Origin: Eledone cirrhosa
Lineage: Eukaryota
Reading direction: 5' to 3'
NCBI GenBank assembly: GCA_964016885.1
Contig: OZ024741.1
Span: 254,076,001 to 254,140,000, forward strand
Length of the DNA stretch: 64,000 bases
In this document: positions 55,701 through 64,000 of the stretch, piece by piece
Layout of the letters: each line of letters opens with the position of its first letter
Position numbering within the stretch: position 1 is the first letter of the stretch
Notes under the pieces: model-generated
Databases searched by the model: none
Seen by the model: only the letters and a program-made list of their open reading frames with translations
What the model was told of the DNA's origin: nothing
Program-made: the position numbers and the translations under genes

Positions 55701-56245
55701 ACCCCTCAACAACCCCACCACCACCACCAACCCCACCAACACCAAAACATCCACCACAAACACCATCATCATCACCACCACAACCACCACCACCAACCCC
55801 ATCACCCCTCCCCCAACACCATCATCCCCATCATCACCAACATGACCATCCCCACCATCACCACCACCACCACTACCATCACCATTGCCAACACCACCAC
55901 CACCGCCACCATCACCACCACCACTACCATCCCCAACACCATCACCACCACCATCACCATCACCACCAACCACCACTACCATCACCATCACCACCACCAC
56001 CACTACCATCACAACAACCACCACACCACGATCCCCACCATCACTGCCACCACCACCACCACCATCCCCACCACCACCACCACTATCACCATCGTCAACC
56101 CCCACCACCACCACCGTCACCACCACCACTACCGTCCCCACCATCACCACCACCACCACTGCCACCGCCGCCACCACCACCACCACTGCCACCACCACCA
56201 CCACCATCATCACCCCTACCATCCCCACCCCACCACTAATACCTA
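49780..56245. repeat. 6.4-kb compound (CAC/CAT/CTAC) trinucleotide-derived minisatellite
   Basis: accatcact/accatcacc/acctccacc units, with higher-order units of about 190-210 bp from 54000 to 55730. Confidence 0.97.
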
Positions 56246-56584
56246 CCCACAGAAGCACAGCTATTTCTATTTCAACATTCATCTGTCTAAAAGAAGATCA
56301 GACATCATCAGAGATAAACATATGTTTTATTCTAAAGTGAACTTATAATCTCCTGTCTTCCCAACATTACTATGGGTGATGGTGTCATTGTCATGTCTCT
56401 CACATTTCAACTTCCCACACCATATTACCCTACACTTATAATGCAACAGGCTCCTCCCCGCTACCTGCTCCCTACATACTTTACACTCTGCTATCCAGGG
56501 AGCCTGTACACTGTCACACAACTTGCTAGAAATAGTAACCAAAATCTCTCGCATTACACCCTGTCTGTGGTGTAGCTAAAGTTC

Positions 56585-56765
56585 GTCCTTTTCTATAGCT
56601 GGATGCCCTTCCTAACACCAACCACATTTACAGTGTGGACTGAGAGACCTTTTACTGTGTCTCCTACACGATCACTTTACAGCATGGACTGGGTGCTTTT
56701 TGTCGCGACACCTACACGACCACTTTGCAGTGTGGAGTGGATGTTCTGTGGTACCAACATAACTT
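56585..56765 (-). mobile_element. SINE family A fragment
   Basis: ttctatagctggatgcccttcctaacaccaacc and cgaccactttgcagtg. Confidence 0.75.
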
Positions 56766-56924
56766 TACAGAGAAAGGGTGGTGTTGGTGGGAGTGGGAGG
56801 ATGGAGTAGGGGTAGCAGATTGGGGTGTATATTTGGTTAAGAAGTGCCTACTGACTGTAGGTTTAACTTCGTATGTAAGGAAAGGTGGGTCTTCTGTATT
56901 ACTGCGTAGTGCCAAAGGTCTCAA

Positions 56925-58970
56925 TCCAGTGACATTGTCTTAGAGAGGTCAGTTTTTATCATGTCATCCCAGGCTTTTCTGGGATAACCTACTCCGTAGC
57001 TTCCATCAATTTTGATGGCTCTGCACTTTTTTATACAGCAGCTGTCATATTTCATGTACATCACATGACCATACCTATGTAATCTCCTCTCAAGTGAACT
57101 ACATCTGATCCCTCTTATTTCTAATTTCTCACATAGTTCGTTTACGTTTTGCCATTCGTGTATATTACTATTGCACATCCAATGGAGCATGCAGGCTTCA
57201 TTCCTTTCCAATCAACATAGGTCCTCTGCACACAATACCCTGGTCTCACTGCCATGTAACATTGCTGTATACACGTATCATTATGATGCTGTATACACGT
57301 ATCATAACAATCTGCCTTTCATTTTTAGAGAGAAACCTTTTGTGGCCAATAGCGGTATTAGTTCTCTGAACTTTTTCCATCTTGTTCTAACTCTGGCTAC
57401 TGTACTTTCAGAACATCCTCCTCCACTGCTGATTTTGTCACCCAGGTAATGGAAAGTGTCTACTATTTCTATAGAATCATCTGGGCAGTTGAAGGAGTTA
57501 GTATCCAGTGCGCACTTGCTACTTTCTGCACCTGAGCATTGGCCACATATAAAATCTACATTCTTAGATAGCTTGTCTGTGATTCCATTACATCTTTTAT
57601 GTAATCATAGTTTGCATTTGGGGCAGAGAATGGAATTTCTATCTACTCCTTTCCTACATGCTGAACATGGCCATTTCCCAGAGGGCACCTGTGCCCTATT
57701 TTCTTTTCTACATGCTAGAACTTTAGTCTTAGACAAGTTAACTTTAAGGCCTTTTGATTTTAGGCCACGCTTCCATGTTTAGAATGTCTTCTCTAGTTCA
57801 GCCATAGATTCAGCTATGAGAGTTAGATCATCTGCATATAGAAGTTCCCATGGGCAGCTGGTCTTAAACTCTTCTGTTGTAGCCTGTAGAGCAATAATAA
57901 ACAGGAGGAGGCTAAGGACAGAGCCTTGATGAACACCTACTTTTACGCTAAATTCTTCACTATATTCATTGTTAATTCTAACCTTGCTGACTGTTCCTCT
58001 ATACATGGCTTGTATAGCTCTCACAAGCCATTCATCTATTCCTAGTTTTCCAAGGGCCCACCAGATAATGGAGCAGGGTACTCTGTCAAAGGCTTTCTCC
58101 AAGTCAACAAAAGCTAAGTAGAGGGGTTTACTTTTATCTAGGTACTTCTCCTGTAGTTGCCGTACAAGGAAGAGAGCATCCATGGTACTTTTACTTGGCA
58201 CAAACTCAAACTGCATTTCATCTAGATCAATTCGGACTCTAATCAGTTGTGCAATAACTCTTTCTGTGACCTTCATGACGTGGTCAAGTAAATTAATAAA
58301 TACCTCTATAGTTTTCTCTATCTAGAATGACCCCTTTGCCCTTGTAGCAGTTAACGATGCTGCTGCTATGCCAGTCATTTGGTATGACCCCATTCTGTAT
58401 TACTTGGTTTACTATCCGGATGACCATAGTATGTCCCACCATTCCAGATGCTTTCAACATTTCAGCAACTATCGCCGAAGACCCAGCTACCTTACCTGTC
58501 TTCATATCTTTGATTGCCTTACTCATTGTACTACCATTAACTTGCAGAGCTTGTCCCTCTCTTGGATCGATTTGGGGCAGACTATCTCTTTCCCATTTAC
58601 TCTCCTCATTTAGTAGTCTCTTGTAGTGACACTTCCAAGCTACCTTCTTATCAGTACCAGTGAAGTCAAGTACACCATCATCATTATGGACACACTTCTC
58701 CCTGACAATATCACAGTTTTCCTTGCAATCACGAACACTTCCTGTTTTTGGTTCTCATGTTGTAGAACATGCTTGAACTTTCTATCCTCTGCTTCCCTTC
58801 TTGCAAAGTACACTTGTGGCTTAGCTTCTCTCCTAACCACCTGGTAGTGTTCTCTACTTCCCCCATCCCACCATTCTTTCCAACCCTGCTTTTTGGTCTT
58901 GATTGTCTCCTCCACCTTACTGTTTCACCACCACGTTACTCTACTCCTACCTAATGGTCTGCTCCAGCCA
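56925..58970 (-). mobile_element. Degenerate RTE LINE with PHD-like insertion
   Basis: KGKG..NYRGI, FVDLEKAFDRVP, GVHQGSVLS, LLYADD, WPCSACRKGV..C..C..HKRC..C..C, YLG, RRLHRYGHV. Confidence 0.9.
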
Positions 58971-58971
58971 C

Positions 58972-59170
58972 ATGTTTAATATAGAAATGGCTTCTACAGG
59001 ACTAGAACTGTTTCATTCAAAAGAAATCATCAGGAAAGTCTGACGATTTCTTTTGAATGAAATTTCTAGTTTTGTAAAAGCCATTTCTATATTAAACATG
59101 ATTTTTTTACACTCTACTAATGTATTGAGTACCATACAAACTGTGGTTACTTCCCATTGAACCCAGGACT
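58972..59170. mobile_element. Fold-back mini-element (arms 58972-59033 and 59040-59100) with tail
   Basis: Inverted arms, each with a CTGAYGA..GAAA core. Confidence 0.8.
58991..59037 (-). ncRNA. Type I hammerhead motif
   Basis: Minus strand: tttc-CTGATGA-tttcttttgaat-GAAA-cag-ttctagtc-ct-GTA-gaag. Stem I is shortened by the fold-back. Confidence 0.68.
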
Positions 59171-59191
59171 CACACACACACACTCACGTAT

Positions 59192-59224
<33 letters not shown>

Positions 59225-59226
<2 letters not shown>

Positions 59227-59568
59227 AGGTAAGGGTAAAGACCCCTTTTGTCATGAATGAACATGGGATTTGCACCTAGAAAGTTCCCCTCCCAGGCACA
59301 TGTCTGGGCAAGGTTGTTTATGGAAGACCAGCAGTCACACATGCTTACCAGTCTCCCCTCATCTCACCACCGATGTTGTCTAATGGAAAGGCAAAGGCTG
59401 AAACAGCTTGGTACCAGTGATGTTGCAACTTATTTCTACAGCTTAGAGAATTGGAGCAATGTGAAATAAAGTGTCTTGTACAAGGACACAATGCATCACC
59501 TGGTTCGAGAATCAAACTCACAACATCACAATTCCAAACCTAACATTCAAACCAATAAGCCATAAACC

Positions 59569-59570
<2 letters not shown>
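59225..59570 (-). mobile_element. tRNA-derived SINE related to the family A head, with (TTACC)n tail
   Basis: Minus-strand head tggcttattgg..gagtttgattctc and the shared gacactttatttcacattgctcca core. Confidence 0.7.
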
Positions 59571-59602
<32 letters not shown>

Positions 59603-59889
59603 CGCATATGTATATATATATATGTTGCTAAAGACTAGTGGTGAATAAATCATCACTTTTAAAATTCATTACAAGGCTACAACAAAAAATGTTTATTTTC
59701 ACGAACATTTCATATATGATTTAATATACAACCTGAGTCATATATATACATAAATACACACACACATATATATATATATATCTTAACTATAATAAAGAAA
59801 GGAGTGCCGGACTGCATTACCCCGTTTGTAAAATAAGTTGGATTACTTTATAATAATTATGAAGACCAAAATCCAAAGAGGGCTCGATA

Positions 59890-60115
59890 TTAATAATTGT
59901 TTCTACTTTAGGCACAAGGCCAGCAATTTTGGGCAAAGGGAAAGTCGATTAAATCAGCCCCCGTCCATTACTGGTGCTTTATTTTATCGACTCCTGTCAG
60001 GATGAAAGGTAAAGCTAACCTCAGCAGGATTTGAACTCAGAACGTAAAGGGCCATAACTCTGTATTGCAAAGCATGGTGTCTCACGCTCTAACGATACTG
60101 CCAATCCACCACCCT
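59890..60115 (-). mobile_element. SINE family B, near full-length
   Basis: tRNA-like head (ggtggattggcagtatcgttagagcg..gagttcaaatcct) and family core. Confidence 0.82.
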
Positions 60116-60477
60116 ATTATATTGATAATGATAATGGTTTCATTTATTTTCCACATTAATAATAGGTATAACTCAAAGTTGTAGTCGCAGTAGAGCAGAT
60201 ACCTATCAAATTGTTTGAGGCAGTTACAAAGCACTCAATGGTGTGAAAAGTTAATGCATTTTCGTCCAGAGTTAAGAAAGAGTTAAGAAAGAGTGATAAC
60301 ATGATTAAAATAACCAAGTATATGTGGCCATAGTGTGTAGCCACAACAAGTATAATTACAAACAGGTAGGAGACTAGCCTGGAACATCTCGAGTAGATAA
60401 GAATCGATAGAAATCAATAAATATATATATATAATGGCTAGAATAAAAAATATATATATATAAAAATATATATGATA

Positions 60478-61000
60478 ACTAGAGTAAGGATTGGATGGAA
60501 GAAGTTTAGACTCCCACTGTTGACAACTAATGGTATTTACCTACATACAAAACAATGACTGTATGATGCCTGTGTACAAAGTGCAATGCTGCATAGTAGT
60601 GAAACATAGGCAGTAACTACAGAGCCACGCTCTGTTGGATGTACAATGTCAATGTAAGAGAAAGGGGAATTTTGGACGAAGTGAGGGAGAAACTGAGTTT
60701 AAGAGGAATCTGAAATGGTTCACATGAAAGAAGATTGCATTGATATAGGTATATGATGGATATGGATGATGATCGTGGGTGAAGATGTGCCAGGAAATTT
60801 CTGTGGAAGGGAGCTACAGTAGAAGTAGACAAGGAAGAACTAGGCAGAGGTGGTGAGAGCTGATCTCAAATAACTGAGATTCATAGAGGAGATGACAAAG
60901 GAACGTGGCATGTAGAGAGATGTTGTGTTGAAAAGGGCCCATCCAACCCATGCTAGCATAGAAAAACAGATATAAAAACAGTGATGATGATGATGATAAT
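60478..61000 (+). mobile_element. Degenerate RTE 3' end with (GAT)n tail
   Basis: LYDACVQSAMLHSSET remnant and the acccatgctagcat tail. Confidence 0.75.
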
Positions 61001-61017
61001 GATATAATATATATATA

Positions 61018-61212
61018 TAGGAAAAGAGTCAGGCCCCCGACAGCTGAGCTCCGGCCATTTCGACAGCTATTTCTGAGTTCAGAAATAGCTGTCGAAATGG
61101 CCGTAGCTCAGCTGTCGGGGTCCTGACTCTTTTCCTATTACCCACTCTACTACCCATAGTATTGAGTACTCTCGTGTGTTATGGTCCGCCTGGTTCCTTA
61201 CCACACTTCCAT
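61018..61212. mobile_element. Fold-back mini-element (arms 61018-61077 and 61080-61138) holding the 3' half of a hammerhead, with tail
   Basis: agctgtc-GAAA-tggc..gct-GTC-ggggtcc on both strands. Homologous to 47720-47756. Confidence 0.8.
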
Positions 61213-61234
61213 ATATGTGTGTGTGTGTATATAT

Positions 61235-62232
61235 ACATCAATCAAGTTATATATGGTGGTGTCATACACAAAGACTGGTGCAGTAGTATTCTCATAAATT
61301 GCTACAAAGGTAAAGGGGATGCTCTAGAGAGGAACAATTATAGGGGCATAAAGCTGATGGATCAGGTTATGAAAGTGGCCGAGAGAATATTAGCGCAACT
61401 GATTAGAGAAAGGGTCAAATTAGATGAGATGCAGTTTGGTTTTGTGCCTCGGAAAAGTACAACAGATGCTCTCTTCTTAGTGAAGCAACTACAAGAGAAG
61501 TTCTTAGAGAAAAATAAGCCACTATACTTAGCCTTTGTTGACCTAGAGAAGGCCTTTGATAGGGTACCCCGATCTGTCATCTGGTGGTCCCTAAGGAAAC
61601 TAGGTGTAGAGGAATGGCTTATGAGGGCAGTGCAAGCTATGTAGAGGGGTGCTGTCAGTAAAGTGAGAGTAATGTATGGAGTTTAGTGAGGAATTTCAGA
61701 TACAAGTAGGTGTACATCAGGGTATGGTCCTCAGCCCGCTCTTGTTCATTATAGTCCTCCAAGCCATAACAGAGGAGTTTAAGACTGGATGCCCATGGGA
61801 ACTTCTATATGCTGATGATCTGGCTCTTATAGCAGAATCAGTAGAAGAGCTAGAGAATAAATTCTGGCAATGGAAACAGCAGTTGGAATCAAGAGGACTG
61901 AGAGTGAACATAGCTAAGACAAAAGTGTTGATAAGTAGAAGATAGGACAATACTCCGATTCCATCAGGGAAATGGCCATGTTCAATATGTAGGAAAGGAA
62001 CTGGCATAAATTCCATAAAATGTACACAATGCAGATCTTGGGTGCACAAGAGATGTAGTGGTATAGCAGGAAAACTAACAGGAAGGGAAAATGATGTATG
62101 CAGTAGATGTACAGGGAAAGTTGGCAGTATTAATCGCAGTGATAGACATATTTTTCCAATGCAGGTAGGTTCTATAGAAGTGGTTGATAGCTTCTGGTAC
62201 CTAGGTGATCAGATTAGCATGGGGGAGGGGGG
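61235..62232 (+). mobile_element. RTE LINE RT fragment with PHD-like insertion
   Basis: NYRGIKL, FVDLEKAFDRVP, GVHQG, LLYADD, WPCSICRKG..CTQC..VHKRC..CSRC, FWYLGD. Confidence 0.9.
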
Positions 62233-62315
62233 TAGTTTTACCTGACTATCCAGGTAAAACTTGAACCGTTAAGGTCTCATTCCTGGATATGTCAATATTT
62301 ATAAAACAAGCTCTG

Positions 62316-62376
62316 TATTTTATCTGATGAGAGTGTACCAAAGTTTTGGTACCATGGAAATATATATAATAGAATA
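62316..62376 (+). ncRNA. Type I hammerhead motif
   Basis: tattttat-CTGATGA-gagt-gtaccaaa-gt-tttggtac-catg-GAAA-tatata-TA-atagaata. 8-bp stem I, palindromic stem III, unpaired base of stem II. Confidence 0.75.
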
Positions 62377-62417
62377 AATATTGTTTTATAAATATAGTTT
62401 CCATTTATTAATATCAT

Positions 62418-62452
<35 letters not shown>

Positions 62453-62660
62453 TATATTCATTTTCTTAAGGCTAAAGATTGAATCTTGTTACTCTGGAAT
62501 TTTTCTTGCTTCTCACAAGAACAAGTTCTTGTCTGATAACCCTGTGAGAAGCAAGTGAAGCTCCAGAGTAATAAGACTCCTTATTTAGTCATAATAAAAT
62601 GAATATTTAAACTCCACTTCAGTATTGAGTGCTCTTTTCTCTTGGCTGTCAACTACATAT
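62453..62660. mobile_element. Fold-back mini-element with degenerate hammerhead (62527-62576, +) and tail
   Basis: Arms ~62453-62519 and ~62542-62606. tcttgt-CTGATAA..GAAG-ctccagag-TA-ataaga. Confidence 0.65.
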
Positions 62661-62938
62661 GGATATATATATATATATCCCTCTCTATCTATCTCTATAT
62701 ATTATACAGAACTCATAATACAGCCTTGCTCTTCTATATCCCTCACTCTGGCTCTTTCATGTGAAAAAGTCACGTCTGTCATGCCTGAGAAAGGCAACCT
62801 GTTACTGCCCCATTAACTTACCTAAAGATACTTTTTATACTTTGTGTACACCTGTATGTACAATGTTTATGTGTGTATGTATATGTATGCATTATAAATA
62901 TATATGTGTGTATATATATATGTATATATACATATATG

Positions 62939-63017
<79 letters not shown>

Positions 63018-63026
63018 ATATATATA

Positions 63027-63102
<76 letters not shown>

Positions 63103-63307
63103 TATATAACATACACATGTGTCTGTGTATATATATGTATACATACATATATGTATATATAAATATATAAAACATACATATATGTCTGTGCACAAAACCA
63201 CACACACTTGTGCACACACACGCCCCCCCCCCCCCCCACACACACACAGACACACAGAAGCACACACAGAGATGAATATGTATCTGTATGTACAGTAACA
63301 ATATGAC

Positions 63308-63345
63308 TATATATAGTACTGACCAGTTATGGCCAACCCATAGTT
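63308..63345 (+). promoter_or_regulatory. Putative TATA box and initiator
   Basis: TATATATAG at 63308-63316, about 30 nt before an Inr-like catagtt and about 60 nt upstream of the ATG. Confidence 0.45.
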
Positions 63346-63371
63346 GCTGCAAAATACCTCAACAATTCAAC

Positions 63372-63426
63372 ATGAAGTTTCTTCTATTCGTCACCATTTC
63401 TCTCTTTGTCGCTTTAATTGCTGCAA
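63372..63426 (+). CDS. First coding exon (signal peptide) of an unknown secreted protein
   Basis: caacATG, MKFLLFVTISLFVALIAA plus 1 nt, then a consensus GTAAGT donor (phase 1). Confidence 0.75.
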
Positions 63427-63508
63427 GTAAGTATTATTGTATTGGTGGTACTTCTGATGCATTATGGTACTTGTTTAGTATTTCTGTAAAATGTTTTACC
63501 TATCTATC

Positions 63509-63539
<31 letters not shown>

Positions 63540-63543
63540 CTAC

Positions 63544-63584
<41 letters not shown>

Positions 63585-63587
<3 letters not shown>

Positions 63588-64000
63588 GGTGGACAAGGTT
63601 AAAGGGGCTGAGGTCAGACACCTTTCTCTCCGGCCAACAACTGATTCTTTTTTTCAAATACCACTTTGGAAGAAGAATCAGGATGGAGAGAGAAGTGCTG
63701 TACCCCAGCAAGTTTTATGAAAGATGGGTGAAAGTGGCGAGAATGGCCCGAGTGAATGGGCCTTCTCTCTATATCAGCCTGTAGGTTGAGGAAAAAGAGG
63801 AAGAGAAGAAAGGGGTACAAACTCTTCGTACTCCTGGAGATGAGGGTTGCACATTTTTTCGGGGGTATGTGTTACCCATATGAAATGTCTCCTCCTATTG
63901 GGGAAAATCGATTAATTTTTAAATTGCATTTGTGATAGTATTTTACACGTTTTTATTGTATGTAAACTTCCCCCTTTGTATTTGTCCCCTTCTTTTGTGC
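63585..64000 (+). mobile_element. Tx1/L1-like LINE 3' end beside (TCTA)n
   Basis: Homologous to 35098-35520 (WWTRLKGLR..RWVKVARMARV and the 3' UTR). Confidence 0.8.

Overview
AT-rich, microsatellite-dense eukaryotic genomic DNA. The SINE and LINE repertoire points to an octopus or other coleoid cephalopod (inferred, not database-verified). Most of the window is mobile DNA: three Penelope-like element (PLE) bodies, four R4/Dong LINEs in (TAA)n tracts (one almost intact), a Tx1/L1-like LINE, several RTE fragments, a young non-coding LTR element nested in a hAT transposase relic, a Helitron, piggyBac-type MITEs and two SINE families. There are two large satellites (21.7-27.4 kb and 49.8-56.2 kb). 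Host coding content is small: a four-exon, stop-interrupted secreted PAN/Apple-domain gene on the minus strand (28.7 to 13.5 kb) and a signal-peptide first exon on the plus strand at 63.4 kb. The main hidden signal, absent from the ORF track, is about a dozen sequence-distinct type I hammerhead-ribozyme motifs. They lie in short, mostly (TA)n-embedded and often fold-back PLE-type mini-elements. Two palindromes carry a ribozyme on both strands, and one 442-bp terminally redundant unit resembles a retrozyme. All structures were read by eye, so boundaries of degenerate elements are approximate.
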